This document shows, in pieces, positions 29,197 to 38,805 of a DNA stretch of 56,460 nt. The notes beneath the pieces were generated by a model. It did not search any database, was not told the origin of the DNA, and worked only from the letters and a program-made list of their open reading frames with translations. Source of the DNA: an uncultured virus (IMG/VR IMGVR_UViG_2061766007_000806) (lineage: Duplodnaviria; Heunggongvirae; Uroviricota; Caudoviricetes); IMG/VR virus record IMGVR_UViG_2061766007_000806; one strand, 5' to 3'. Within the stretch, counting starts at the first letter, position 1. Each line of letters begins with the position of its first letter. The position numbers were made by a program, and so were the translations under genes.

Positions 29197-30153
29197 TTAA
29201 TCTTTTGTAAAAGCTCCAAACTTTTCTTCAATATTCTTCGGATTGCCCTTAAAGAACACTAATACGTTTTGGTGATGGCGTCCTACCTTCCTTGATTGTT
29301 CAAAGTACTTCGGGCATCTGACACCCAAACTCATTATCCTGTTCTCTAATATCATCTCGTTATAGAACTTATAGCCACAGTCTGTAAACGCCTTGATAGT
29401 GTCGGGCACGAATCCATACATTATGCCGTTAGGGTCTCGTATCTCCTCTACCACTATAACTGCAAAGCTGTCATCCTCAAGGATGTTGTATGCCTGATAT
29501 ATAATGTCCCTGTACTTACCACGGAACTGTTCGTATGTCTTGCAAGCGCTTAAATCCCTCTCATCGTCCGAATAGATTTCAAGGTTATAGTACGGAGGGC
29601 ACGTAAGTAACATGTTGTACTTCTTCTGCGCATAGTCTAGGCACTTTATCTCGGCTAAACTGTCGCCACATATCCACGTCGGCTTGCCAAAATCTTCAGA
29701 CTCGTACAGCTCTGATATTTTCTCCCAATTTTCTCTATTAGCTGCAACCTGAACCTCATTCAGGTCTACACCGTAATAGTCTCGTCCAAGTATCGCCGAC
29801 ACAGCTCCTCTCACATGTCCACCTGCGAATGGGTCGAACACTGTATCTCCCTGTCGGCTGAACCAACGAACCAATATCTCACAAAGGAACGGGTCGAATG
29901 TACTGATGTTTCCATTGCGCTCAAGCCCCTTATAGCCAATATCATAATCGAACTTGTTGATATAAGGCGTGTTAGATTTAGCTGTTATGTTCCTGACGTT
30001 AGCTGACCTGTTCTTCAGTATGTACTCCCACTCGTTACGCTTCTTCAGCCACTCTCCCACCTGAGAATCTAAAATGGAAAAAGGGGGCACAAGATAGCGC
30101 TCCCGTAATGATTTAGTTGGTAATTTTAATCTTTCTTGAGTGAATAAAGGCAT
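29197..30153 (-). CDS. N4-C/N6-A DNA methyltransferase
   Basis: FDPFAGG SAM-binding motif and TCPPY catalytic motif. Confidence 0.85.
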   Translation of the reverse strand: MPLFTQERLKLPTKSLRERYLVPPFSILDSQVGEWLKKRNEWEYILKNRSANVRNITAKSNTPYINKFDYDIGYKGLERNGNISTFDPFLCEILVRWFSRQGDTVFDPFAGGHVRGAVSAILGRDYYGVDLNEVQVAANRENWEKISELYESEDFGKPTWICGDSLAEIKCLDYAQKKYNMLLTCPPYYNLEIYSDDERDLSACKTYEQFRGKYRDIIYQAYNILEDDSFAVIVVEEIRDPNGIMYGFVPDTIKAFTDCGYKFYNEMILENRIMSLGVRCPKYFEQSRKVGRHHQNVLVFFKGNPKNIEEKFGAFTKD

Positions 30154-31189
30154 GTTTTAACTCCTCATATGCTTTCGATTTCTTGATTGAGTAAAAGAAA
30201 TATGTGTCCCACACGTAATGTAAGTCGTGTATCGGATAGCCTGTCTCCTGTTCGAGCGTGTTGAGCAACACCTCAAGGCAATGGATATAATAATCCCTGT
30301 TATATTCTAGCACATCATGGTCGCAAAACCACACATATTCAGTCGCACATTTCCAACAGCAACCACATCGATAAGGCATCAAATCGATTGTGTAGTTCCT
30401 CATCGTTCTCCTCCTGAACAGCTTTCGGAATCTGTTCGGAGTCAGACAACTGATAGTCAATGGTAAATGCTCGGGCTCTTTCAGTAACAGGTCATATGCT
30501 GTTTGGAAGTTCTTGTTTGGTATGTACATTTGGAATGACGGTATTACTTTCTGTATGATTGCCTCGTACAGCTTCCACATTTCCACTGTATCGCCTGCGC
30601 ATACCTCAAAGGCTACGTCGGCTATGTGTGCTGTTTTGAATGTACCCACAGCTATCTTAGTACTTATGCCGTTCTTTATGCCCCAAGATAACGCCATGGT
30701 TGCCATTATCATATTCTTCATAGGGTGCTCTATCCAACAGTGCGTCCCCTTATAGGCTACGCTGTCAATATATAACGGGACACCTAGCTTCTCAGCCATC
30801 TTCTCGGCTACTTCCCACTCATCGTAGTAGGTCTTATTTAAACCCTTGATATGATAGGCGTACACGTTATAGCCAAGCTTCTGATAATGCCTTATGACGG
30901 AAAAGCTGTCTTTGCCTCCCGAATAGCACACAATGATGTTCTTAGAATCCATCTGAGGCAACGGAATCGGTGTGAAACGTTGCTCTTCAAACTCCATATG
31001 TGGGAACGAATACCCCGACATCTTCTCGAATGTCTTAAGAATCGGATAAAACGTGTTATCATATGGCTGAACAAACAGCTTCGGCTTTGGTCTCTTCGGC
31101 GGCTCGGAAAGCTCGGCATACATCCTCTCAAGGTCGGTAAAGATACAGGATAACTCATAATAATCGCTCGTATGCTTTATTGTCTGCAT
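30113..31189 (-). CDS. QueC-like PP-loop ATPase
   Basis: VCYSGGKDS PP-loop; TISC...CGCCWKC zinc site; EHPMKN where QueC has VPxRN. Confidence 0.7.
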   Translation of the reverse strand: MQTIKHTSDYYELSCIFTDLERMYAELSEPPKRPKPKLFVQPYDNTFYPILKTFEKMSGYSFPHMEFEEQRFTPIPLPQMDSKNIIVCYSGGKDSFSVIRHYQKLGYNVYAYHIKGLNKTYYDEWEVAEKMAEKLGVPLYIDSVAYKGTHCWIEHPMKNMIMATMALSWGIKNGISTKIAVGTFKTAHIADVAFEVCAGDTVEMWKLYEAIIQKVIPSFQMYIPNKNFQTAYDLLLKEPEHLPLTISCLTPNRFRKLFRRRTMRNYTIDLMPYRCGCCWKCATEYVWFCDHDVLEYNRDYYIHCLEVLLNTLEQETGYPIHDLHYVWDTYFFYSIKKSKAYEELKHAFIHSRKIKITN

Positions 31190-31996
31190 TTACATCCACG
31201 CCTTTCTTACATCCAACAGCCAATTATCAAACAGCATTTGGAGATTGACGCTCGCTATACTCTGAAGCTGTCCAAGATATTTGGATGTGATGTTAATACC
31301 ATGTGCAAACTTCAAAGGGTCATCGGCTATACGGCTAAGACACTCAGCTCGGAACGCCTTAAAGAACAACTCAAGGCTATACAATTTCTCATCTGAACCA
31401 AGATTAATCTTACTCCCTATCTTGAACGAATTAGCGCCTGATACCTTCTCGATATTAGCCACTACGGTCTCGACATACTTTTGGAAGTTCTTAGGATTGT
31501 ACTTGCAAATCAGGTCAATGTCTCCGGGCACAGTACAGTACTTTTTGATTATCTCGTCATCAGAACCAATCGTCACCCGTCGGTAATATCTCAACAGCTC
31601 ATCCTCATTGTAGGCGTCCATGTGGAACAGGGTTGCTCTACTCTTGATTGTCGCAAGTACATGCTCGGGATTGTTCACTGTAAGCACGAAATACACGTCA
31701 TTAGGTGGCTCTTCCGTCACCTTCAGTAATGCGTTTTCAGCCGCAAGCGACATGGCATCAGCATTAGCAAACAGGTAGATAGTCGGCGTCATCACGGAAT
31801 AGGCTTCCTCTATCACTTCCCTTACTGATTCGGCTGAGATAGCTCGCTCCTGTATACATCCCAAAGGCGTTAAGTCCTCATGTATCAAGGTACGCCTTCC
31901 ACTTCCTGTGTCGCCGACAAAAATAGAAAATCGGGGGAACAGCCCCATAAACATCAGTTCCCCAAGTCGTTCTTTAATCTTAGTCTGTCCTATCAT
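31190..31996 (-). CDS. holB: Clamp loader delta-prime subunit (HolB-like)
   Basis: MIGQ...degenerate Walker A GDTGSGR...AENALLKVTEEPP...LATIKSR. Confidence 0.85.
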   Translation of the reverse strand: MIGQTKIKERLGELMFMGLFPRFSIFVGDTGSGRRTLIHEDLTPLGCIQERAISAESVREVIEEAYSVMTPTIYLFANADAMSLAAENALLKVTEEPPNDVYFVLTVNNPEHVLATIKSRATLFHMDAYNEDELLRYYRRVTIGSDDEIIKKYCTVPGDIDLICKYNPKNFQKYVETVVANIEKVSGANSFKIGSKINLGSDEKLYSLELFFKAFRAECLSRIADDPLKFAHGINITSKYLGQLQSIASVNLQMLFDNWLLDVRKAWM

Positions 31997-32157
31997 TCGT
32001 TTAAATCTCCATCATCATCGTCATCATTATCTTCTTCATCTTCCACTCTTCCACGTGAGCTAGGCTTCTTATCATCCTTCTCTACTGACCCACACATCAG
32101 CATACACATCCACTCAGCATCGCTCATACCTTCAGGTTTGTAAAACGTCTTTCCCAT
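31993..32157 (-). CDS. Small protein with acidic tail
   Basis: Manual translation MGKTFYKPEGMSDAEWMCMLMCGSVE...DDDDGDLNE*; fills the dnaX-holB gap. Confidence 0.5.
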   Translation of the reverse strand: MGKTFYKPEGMSDAEWMCMLMCGSVEKDDKKPSSRGRVEDEEDNDDDDDGDLNE

Positions 32158-34231
32158 CTGTCAAACTCCCTACGCAAAAACTATAAAGGTTCGCTTCAAT
32201 AACAGCCTTGGGATAATTGTCCCACTTAATGGCTGTATTAAGTGACAACAGCATCTTCAGCAACTCATTGCACTCGGTATAATAAAGGGCTTGCGTCATC
32301 CTTACTTCAATGGCGTCCTTGTAATAATTCGGAATCTGTGTAAATTCCAATGTTCCTGTAACGGCATATTTGCAAAGGTCAAGCACAAAATTCGTGAAAT
32401 TCCTGACAAACAGCTTCAGGTCTTTGCCCTGTTTATGTAAATCTTCTATGGTCGAAATAACCCTCCTAGGACTGTTACCGTCATTGTCAATCAGGTCATC
32501 CACGAGGTGTAGCATCTTGTCGTAATTGACTGTTCCGATTGCTGTAACCACATTCTCAACAGTAAGCTTATTAGAATAAGCTAAGCATTTATCCATCAAT
32601 GTAATGGCATCTCTCATACCTCCATCTGCTATTTTTGCGATATACTCAAGGGCATCATGTTCATATGTATATGTCTGTCCCATATCGTATGCTTCGTAAG
32701 GCTCATTCTCTAGGTTAAGTATCAACTGTAATCTGTCCACAATGCCTTGCTGACTTATACGCTGAAAATCGTATCTCTGTACCCTTGAAAGAATCGTCTT
32801 GGGTATCTTCTGTGGGTCTGTGGTACAAAAGATAAATATCGCCGTCTCAGGGGGCTCTTCAAGAAGCTTTAACATAGCTTGCCATGCTGAACCTGATAAT
32901 GCGTGGCAATTTCCTGTCACAAAAACAAAGCCCTCTGACCTAACAACTATCTTATGACTTGGAACTTTAACACAATAAACTGTTCCATCAAAGTACTCTG
33001 TTTCTACGGTCTTTTGTATCGCCTGACAAGATGAGTATCTAGAATCCCTTAAAAACACATTATAACGTGTTTTATATGTCTCCTTACGTTCATCCGACTG
33101 TGCCCTTAATCTTGCTGAATATCCACCCAATGTTGCCACTGCCATTACAAAATCGCTATTTTCCTTACAAGTTGAAATATACTGAACATAATTATCAGAC
33201 ACATATCCATCCCACTGTACAACTTCTTGAATAAATTCTCTTGCTGTAAAGTAATCAAAAGAATCTATACTGAAATGTGTAGACAACATCTTACTTGACG
33301 ATATTGGTAAGTCATAAGTGAATCTACGCACTCCATCTCTTCCCTTAATCTCAGAATAATGGATATTTCCACTCTTGCACAAATTAATAAATCTGTCCAC
33401 CTTACGCTGTTTTGTGAGTTGAATCGACCAATGCACATATCCACCTTTTTTAGATACTCTTTGAATCGTACCATCAGCCTGACTTGCAATAACAAGTCTG
33501 TCAACAGGTGTGAGTACTGTCTTGCTTCCTTTTCCACACCCTGCCACAATAAGACTAGCAATTTGGCTGAACTTAGTATCTTGGATATATTGCTCTCGGA
33601 TAGTTCCTGACCTATGATGATATAAAGGCTGTACATGATGTGGTGTCATTCTAACACTGCACCAATTTCTAGGAGACCACTTTACCAAATCTCCCTTATA
33701 GGGCATTCTTACCCACTCATGTGGACTGACAAATATTATGCTTCCATCATCGTTATACTGTGCGACTTGCTCTGTTCCATCACAAGCATCAAATCGCTTA
33801 AACCCTTGTGTTGTAAGGATTTCCACATCACCTGTCATACATTCGTCTACGATGAAAATCCTGTATTTACTCCCATCCAAGGTAGCCATACGGGATTGCT
33901 NNNNNNNNNNCTCATCAATGATGAAAATCCTGTATTTACTCCCATCCAAGGTAGCCATACGGGATTGCTGAATAATATTTCTAACATCATTGACGCTATT
34001 ATTGCTTGCTGCGTCCATTTCCATCGGGACACCCTGTCCCTGATTTATCTCATTGGCGAATATCCTCGCCGTTGTAGTCTTTCCTGTGCCTGCTCCACCA
34101 CAAAACAGGTAAGCGTGGCGTATTTCTCCACTCTCAAGCTGTTGAGACAGGATAGTTTTTACACTACCCTGTTCAACAACGTCATCAAATGTCTGAGGTC
34201 TGTATTTAACAGCAAGGGCTATTGTGCTCAT
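32132..34231 (-). CDS. dnaX: Clamp loader gamma/tau subunit (DnaX-like) with intein
   Basis: LAVKYRPQTF, GGAGTGKTT, MDAAS, IVDE|intein|CHALS, LLEEPP, TILSR, GGMRDAI. Confidence 0.95.
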   Translation of the reverse strand: MSTIALAVKYRPQTFDDVVEQGSVKTILSQQLESGEIRHAYLFCGGAGTGKTTTARIFANEINQGQGVPMEMDAASNNSVNDVRNIIQQSRMATLDGSKYRIFIIDEXXXXQSRMATLDGSKYRIFIVDECMTGDVEILTTQGFKRFDACDGTEQVAQYNDDGSIIFVSPHEWVRMPYKGDLVKWSPRNWCSVRMTPHHVQPLYHHRSGTIREQYIQDTKFSQIASLIVAGCGKGSKTVLTPVDRLVIASQADGTIQRVSKKGGYVHWSIQLTKQRKVDRFINLCKSGNIHYSEIKGRDGVRRFTYDLPISSSKMLSTHFSIDSFDYFTAREFIQEVVQWDGYVSDNYVQYISTCKENSDFVMAVATLGGYSARLRAQSDERKETYKTRYNVFLRDSRYSSCQAIQKTVETEYFDGTVYCVKVPSHKIVVRSEGFVFVTGNCHALSGSAWQAMLKLLEEPPETAIFIFCTTDPQKIPKTILSRVQRYDFQRISQQGIVDRLQLILNLENEPYEAYDMGQTYTYEHDALEYIAKIADGGMRDAITLMDKCLAYSNKLTVENVVTAIGTVNYDKMLHLVDDLIDNDGNSPRRVISTIEDLHKQGKDLKLFVRNFTNFVLDLCKYAVTGTLEFTQIPNYYKDAIEVRMTQALYYTECNELLKMLLSLNTAIKWDNYPKAVIEANLYSFCVGSLTDGKDVLQT
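32909..33841 (-). mobile_element. 311-aa intein with LAGLIDADG-like endonuclease region in DnaX Walker B
   Basis: Starts CMTGDVEILTTQG, ends VYCVKVP...FVTGN followed by Cys; IASQADG and VVQWDG helices. Confidence 0.9.
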
Positions 34232-34458
34232 GCTTCAGCACCACCCTTAACAAGTACATACTCAGCATAGTTTGTGGTATGCCCGTAACGATTTGTTGTC
34301 TGGCATCTGTTTGTGATAATGTTCATGCCTTCGTCATGTCTCAGCACATATATGATTGCTGATAAACGGGTAATTCCCCACATGAACGCTTTCATGCTTG
34401 TAACACGCTCTCCGTTATTGAGCTTCTCTCTGATTAAGTTGATTTGACTTCCGTCCAT
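34228..34458 (-). CDS. Small winged-HTH protein
   Basis: VTSMKAF.WGITRLSAIIYVLR...YAEY. Confidence 0.65.
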   Translation of the reverse strand: MDGSQINLIREKLNNGERVTSMKAFMWGITRLSAIIYVLRHDEGMNIITNRCQTTNRYGHTTNYAEYVLVKGGAEA

Positions 34459-34772
34459 AATTTCATAACCTCCTTGAATGTCTTTTCGTCTATGACGTAA
34501 TATCGCTCTCCATTATCCCCGAAATCAAAACACAAAGCACTTCGTGATTTGCCCGTGGAAAAAGCTTCTTCTTTGTTCTTTTCCAACCACTCTTTCTTTA
34601 TGGAAAAGCTTGATTTTTGGGTCGTTGCTGTCTTGCATTCGATTAACCAATCATCTGCAAGAACGTCTCCCTTAACCCACGGAGTTGCGCCTGAGTTAGG
34701 TGTCCTTTTGCCCCCTAACTCTTTTGCTACGGCTTTCTCCTGTTTGGTCGAAAACCACCGAGTTGGTCTCAT
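34434..34772 (-). CDS. PD-(D/E)XK Holliday-junction-resolvase-like nuclease
   Basis: QEKAVAK..GG...NSGA...GDV...IECK. Confidence 0.75.
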   Translation of the reverse strand: MRPTRWFSTKQEKAVAKELGGKRTPNSGATPWVKGDVLADDWLIECKTATTQKSSFSIKKEWLEKNKEEAFSTGKSRSALCFDFGDNGERYYVIDEKTFKEVMKLWTEVKST

Positions 34773-34807
34773 TGGCTCTCCCCCTTATCATTATTTACTA
34801 TGTTTTT

Positions 34808-34836
34808 ATTATAACACAACATCAAAACATTGTCAA
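34808..34836 (-). promoter_or_regulatory. Sigma-A promoter with tandem palindromes
   Basis: TTGACA-17-TATAAT; perfect AACAT-N8-ATGTT at 34826-34843 and 1-mismatch copy at 34787-34804. Confidence 0.85.
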
Positions 34837-34843
34837 CTATGTT

Positions 34844-35881
34844 TTACCTGTCATCCTCATTTATTTTTGAATCTATGAAGGCTTCGATAGCCTGAAGGAC
34901 TTCAATATTGGCTGAATCCTCAAGGAACGCATATACTTTAGGCTGTCCCTGTACCTTGCCTACCTCAGCTCCCGTCTCAGGGTCAAAAATCGAGAACCAT
35001 GCGCCTGACTGTTTGATAATATCATACTTGATTGCAACTTCAACCAAGTCTTTCAGGTAATCGATACCCGAGTCGTACCGAATTGTGTAGAACCCTGTCC
35101 TCCTGTTGGGTGGACAAGTCTTGTTCTTCTTCATGGTCACGAGCACGTAGTTACCTGCGGGATTTTCAGCCTGTCTTGTAAGGTCGTTGCCCTTCTCATC
35201 GATATATTTACCCATCCTAAATTCAAGTCGGACTGAGCACAGATACTTCCAACACTCACCACCTGTGGTTTTCATGCCACCCCACTGAGAGTTCATATCC
35301 ACTCTTTCCTGATTAATACCGATGATAGTTATGTTGTGCCGTGCTGCAAGCATTTCAACCTTCTTGCTGAACGTTGTAAGCCCCATTGAAATTCCACCAT
35401 AGGTCTTTTCGTCAATATCCTTCTCAAACGCCTGATTTGACATCATGGCACCGAGCGAATCTATGATGCACAGCCCTATATCACCTGTTTCAAGTAGCTT
35501 GGTAATCATATCAAAGATAGTCTCAGCTCCCTGTCCCTTCGGCTGAATCAGGTATATGTTTTCTACGTCAATACCAATCTTCTTAGCCCACACAGGGTCA
35601 AGCGTGTTCTCAACATCGGCGTAAAGAACGCCTTTTGCGTTAGGCATCCTCTGATAATTTGCTACGGCGTCGAGCGCTGTTGTAGTCTTGCCACCATGGT
35701 TCTCGCCATAAAACTCGATAAGCTTACCCATCGGAAGCCCACCATACAGCATATAGTTCAGTCTCGGGCTCGTAAGTGGAATCCTGTTGTACTCATACTT
35801 GGGTAAGCCCTGAGAAACCACTGTGTCCTTAAAGGTCTTATTCAGTTCCTTCATAACCTCTTCAATCTTCGTAGTCGCCAT
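34844..35881 (-). CDS. recA: RecA-family recombinase
   Basis: GGLPMGKLIEFYG..HGGKTT, DVENTLD, IIDS, INQ.R, TTGG, SVRLE. Confidence 0.93.
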   Translation of the reverse strand: MATTKIEEVMKELNKTFKDTVVSQGLPKYEYNRIPLTSPRLNYMLYGGLPMGKLIEFYGENHGGKTTTALDAVANYQRMPNAKGVLYADVENTLDPVWAKKIGIDVENIYLIQPKGQGAETIFDMITKLLETGDIGLCIIDSLGAMMSNQAFEKDIDEKTYGGISMGLTTFSKKVEMLAARHNITIIGINQERVDMNSQWGGMKTTGGECWKYLCSVRLEFRMGKYIDEKGNDLTRQAENPAGNYVLVTMKKNKTCPPNRRTGFYTIRYDSGIDYLKDLVEVAIKYDIIKQSGAWFSIFDPETGAEVGKVQGQPKVYAFLEDSANIEVLQAIEAFIDSKINEDDR

Positions 35882-36104
35882 CTTCTTCCTCCTTAGGCTT
35901 GATAAAATCGTCTATCTTGCACTTACACATCTCGGCAAGCCTGTATGCTATATCGAATCTAGGTAATACCTTGCCCTGATACCAATAATAAACTGTTGAC
36001 AGGTCGATATTAAACAAACGGCTTATATCCTTAGGCGTCAGATTAGCCTTCTCGCAAATGCTCTTGATATTCTCACCTGTCGCCTTCATATCAATGACTT
36101 TCAA
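35862..36104 (-). CDS. XRE-family HTH regulator
   Basis: IDMKATGENIK...STVYYWYQGKVLP...LA.M..CKIDD. Confidence 0.85.
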   Translation of the reverse strand: MKVIDMKATGENIKSICEKANLTPKDISRLFNIDLSTVYYWYQGKVLPRFDIAYRLAEMCKCKIDDFIKPKEEEDGDYED

Positions 36105-36655
36105 TACGCATCCTCCCTTCTACTGTCGCCTATGCCACTCGCCAAGTGCGTAAGCTGTTCTTCTTGCATTCTGTGTGAAAGCACCTTCTTACAGCTTGAT
36201 AAAAGCTCTTGTGCCGAATCCACCTTGGACTTCATCATCTTGTAAGCCCTCGAATAGCATACGTTTGTAAGCTGTTCATGCTGGCTCTGTAATTCAGCCT
36301 GTGTGTTCTTATCGGCAACTGTTCCTGTGGCTGTTGTATCCCTTGCTGTATTATATATCTCCTTCCACACAGCCTTGCTTATATCATCACGGATACCAAG
36401 CTGTTCACACATGCCACTTGCAAAATAAATGTACGTTGACAAATTCATACAGAAATCCTCAAGCTCCGAAGTTGTAGGTGGCTTCTCACCGTCCTTCAGA
36501 CAGCTCGCTATGAACCTCACGTAATTATCAAGGTCTCGGGAATACGGTGTTATGATGCCGAATACTATATCATCCACCTTCACTGATGCTGATTCCACCT
36601 TACCCTTAATCTGCTCCACAATGTCTTTTGTTTTCACATCCACGTCATAAATCAT
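36101..36655 (-). CDS. Hypothetical helical protein (possible UvsY-like recombination mediator)
   Basis: All-helical, next to recA; function is inference. Confidence 0.5.
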   Translation of the reverse strand: MIYDVDVKTKDIVEQIKGKVESASVKVDDIVFGIITPYSRDLDNYVRFIASCLKDGEKPPTTSELEDFCMNLSTYIYFASGMCEQLGIRDDISKAVWKEIYNTARDTTATGTVADKNTQAELQSQHEQLTNVCYSRAYKMMKSKVDSAQELLSSCKKVLSHRMQEEQLTHLASGIGDSRREDAY

Positions 36656-37217
36656 ATTTATCTCCTCTCAATAAGCTCTCGGCGTCTTTAAAGAACTTGG
36701 TCATATAGTAATCGAAAAATACACGCTTCTTCTGACCCATGAGCGTTATAGGCTCGTATAATTCACCTGTACTAGCATTTCTCATGGTTATAAACTCTGC
36801 ATCGTATCTGACGCTCTTATTACCCGATGCCCTGTGCCTAAGTAGATTCTGTATCGGTATGAACTTGGTTATATCCTTATCTACCCACCAACACATTATG
36901 CCTGCCATCACACCCTGTTTAGTGGATTCTTCCATCAAACCGTCCCACTGTGTATCTGTGATGTCACCATAATATCCTTTCAGCCGTCCATTTTTATCAG
37001 GCTTAGGATTGCTACTTATGCTGAGGGTGTTGCCATGGATTGCCTTACACTCAATCAGGTACAGAAACGGCTTCTTAAATGCCACAAAATCACAGATGTT
37101 TGAGCTGCCATAAAAGCCTGTCGTTTGGTCGTGTAGTCGAATCATTGTGACATCCTTGGTCTGACTGAAAGCTTCCTGAATGACTGACTCGAATTGCTTC
37201 CCTCTGTTTACACTCAT
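36645..37217 (-). CDS. recU: RecU-like Holliday junction resolvase
   Basis: NRGKQFE...CDF...IECK...Q motifs. Confidence 0.75.
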   Translation of the reverse strand: MSVNRGKQFESVIQEAFSQTKDVTMIRLHDQTTGFYGSSNICDFVAFKKPFLYLIECKAIHGNTLSISSNPKPDKNGRLKGYYGDITDTQWDGLMEESTKQGVMAGIMCWWVDKDITKFIPIQNLLRHRASGNKSVRYDAEFITMRNASTGELYEPITLMGQKKRVFFDYYMTKFFKDAESLLRGDKYDL

Positions 37218-38026
37218 TCGCTCACATCCCTTCTGCAAGCTGTCTTGTAATTACAATACTCGCACACTGTCCTAGGTACGTCGGTGGGCTTAAGTGGAAC
37301 GGTACTCGTTGCTATGTATCTATCGCAACTAGCTATCCTTTCTAACAGCTCGGTTTTCATCTCCTCCGTCGGAGTGAACAGGAATGCCTTCATGTCAAGC
37401 ATATCCCTGTTGATATACACGAATATCACATCATCTATACCAAAGGCTATACTATATGCTGTTGCCTGCATATAGTGCTTAGGGTCAACGCCCTTTCGTC
37501 CGACCCACTTGTTTATCCCCTCGGTCTTAAGCTCAAGAATATAGTACTTGCCCTTGTATCGGATAATGCCATCGCACAAGAAGCTCATATTGAGGTCTTT
37601 ATGGAACAGCTTGGTCTCATAGTTCTTGTTCGCAAAGTCGGGAGGTGCAACAATGTCAAGCGCCTGTAATTCCCTACTCTTTACGTACTCAGCCACATTA
37701 ACGTATTCACAATCCATGCCGTTTGCCTTCATGTCAAGCGTAGCTTGCTGAATACGCTGATGTATGTCTGACCCTGAATTACATATACCTACTAGCACAT
37801 AAGACGACTCACCACTGTCCTGTGGCTCTCCTATCCTCTGATAAAACATGTTTCGGATACAGTGCATTGACGACGGCTTGTAGGTCTGTGACGGCATCCG
37901 TGAGTTTGCCTTGTCCGTCAGTTCGATACTTCTTTTCAGGTCGGCTAAAAAGGACTGCTCAACAGGTTGTTGAACAGTCACCTCTTGTATCAGCCGACAA
38001 ATGTTTTTTAAACTTGCTCTTGCCAT
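37214..38026 (-). CDS. Cas4-like PD-(D/E)XK exonuclease
   Basis: PSSMHC.R, GSDIH, DGII...ELKT, Q...Y, CEYCNYKTAC. Confidence 0.85.
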   Translation of the reverse strand: MARASLKNICRLIQEVTVQQPVEQSFLADLKRSIELTDKANSRMPSQTYKPSSMHCIRNMFYQRIGEPQDSGESSYVLVGICNSGSDIHQRIQQATLDMKANGMDCEYVNVAEYVKSRELQALDIVAPPDFANKNYETKLFHKDLNMSFLCDGIIRYKGKYYILELKTEGINKWVGRKGVDPKHYMQATAYSIAFGIDDVIFVYINRDMLDMKAFLFTPTEEMKTELLERIASCDRYIATSTVPLKPTDVPRTVCEYCNYKTACRRDVSE

Positions 38027-38035
38027 TTGTCCTCC

Positions 38036-38380
38036 TTAATCTACTGTCTTTAAGTAGTATGTAAGCTCTTCTCCCTTAAGGTTATCACACGCATAATCAT
38101 GTGCTCTGTAATAAAGGTCTGAGTAAAGCTGTGAGTACACGTCGTTCTTTCCAAAGTGCTGCCAACACTTCCAATTCAGAACCATTACAAGCTCGGTAAG
38201 ATACTTATAGTCTTTCTTCCACTCCCTAAAAGCTCGCTTGTATGTATCCTTGATTGCACTAACGCCAACGTTATCCGCAATACTGAAATCCTCAAAGAAT
38301 GTGGTTATCTGTTTGTATCCGCAAAACGCCTCTGAATCAAAGGTCTTTATTGTCATTACGCTAGCTCCCATTATTGTCAC
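38036..38380 (-). CDS. Conserved phage hypothetical protein
   Basis: 114 aa ORF, GGAGG RBS. Confidence 0.65.
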   Translation of the reverse strand: MTIMGASVMTIKTFDSEAFCGYKQITTFFEDFSIADNVGVSAIKDTYKRAFREWKKDYKYLTELVMVLNWKCWQHFGKNDVYSQLYSDLYYRAHDYACDNLKGEELTYYLKTVD

Positions 38381-38387
38381 CCTCCTC

Positions 38388-38657
38388 TCATATCAGCTTG
38401 AATGATGCTGTTGTGGCTCTTTCCTTAGATAAAGTAAGCTCGCTTCCGAACTCGCTCTCGATAAAGGCTAAGACTCTTGCCTTATAGTCAGCGCCAAGGT
38501 CTAAGGATGTAAGATGAATGCCGAACACTTCCGAATCAATGTCAGCTAACGGGAACACCTGAACGTGCTTCATTCTGTTTCCCTCAAGGGCTTTGAGCAC
38601 CCTGTCCTTCATTTCAAATGCCTTGCGCAAATACTGTTTTTTCTGTTCATGTGTCAT
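38388..38657 (-). CDS. Hypothetical protein
   Basis: AAGGAG RBS downstream of own promoter. Confidence 0.65.
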   Translation of the reverse strand: MTHEQKKQYLRKAFEMKDRVLKALEGNRMKHVQVFPLADIDSEVFGIHLTSLDLGADYKARVLAFIESEFGSELTLSKERATTASFKLI

Positions 38658-38709
38658 AATCAAATCTCCTTTTTAAAGTGTTGTGAGTGTTGTTGTTTGG
38701 TATGTATAT

Positions 38710-38739
38710 AATATATCATAATGTTTTATCGTTTGTCAA
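38710..38739 (-). promoter_or_regulatory. Sigma-A promoter
   Basis: AAGTAC-TTGACA-18-TATATT; shares the 18-mer ATAATATATCATAATGTT with the 45225 promoter. Confidence 0.65.
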
Positions 38740-38763
38740 GTACTTTTTGAAATTTTTTCAAAA

Positions 38764-38794
38764 AAAGTAAGGGACGCCGAAACGCCCCCTACTT
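38764..38794 (-). terminator. Intrinsic terminator after clamp gene
   Basis: AAGTAGGGGGCG-TTTCGG-CGTCCCTTACTTTTTT on the - strand. Confidence 0.75.
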
Positions 38795-38805
38795 CCGTTA
38801 TTGGA

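Noticed and set aside
37214..38026. Cas4 as a sign of CRISPR-Cas
   Set aside because: No array or other cas genes; solo Cas4-like nucleases are common in phage recombination modules
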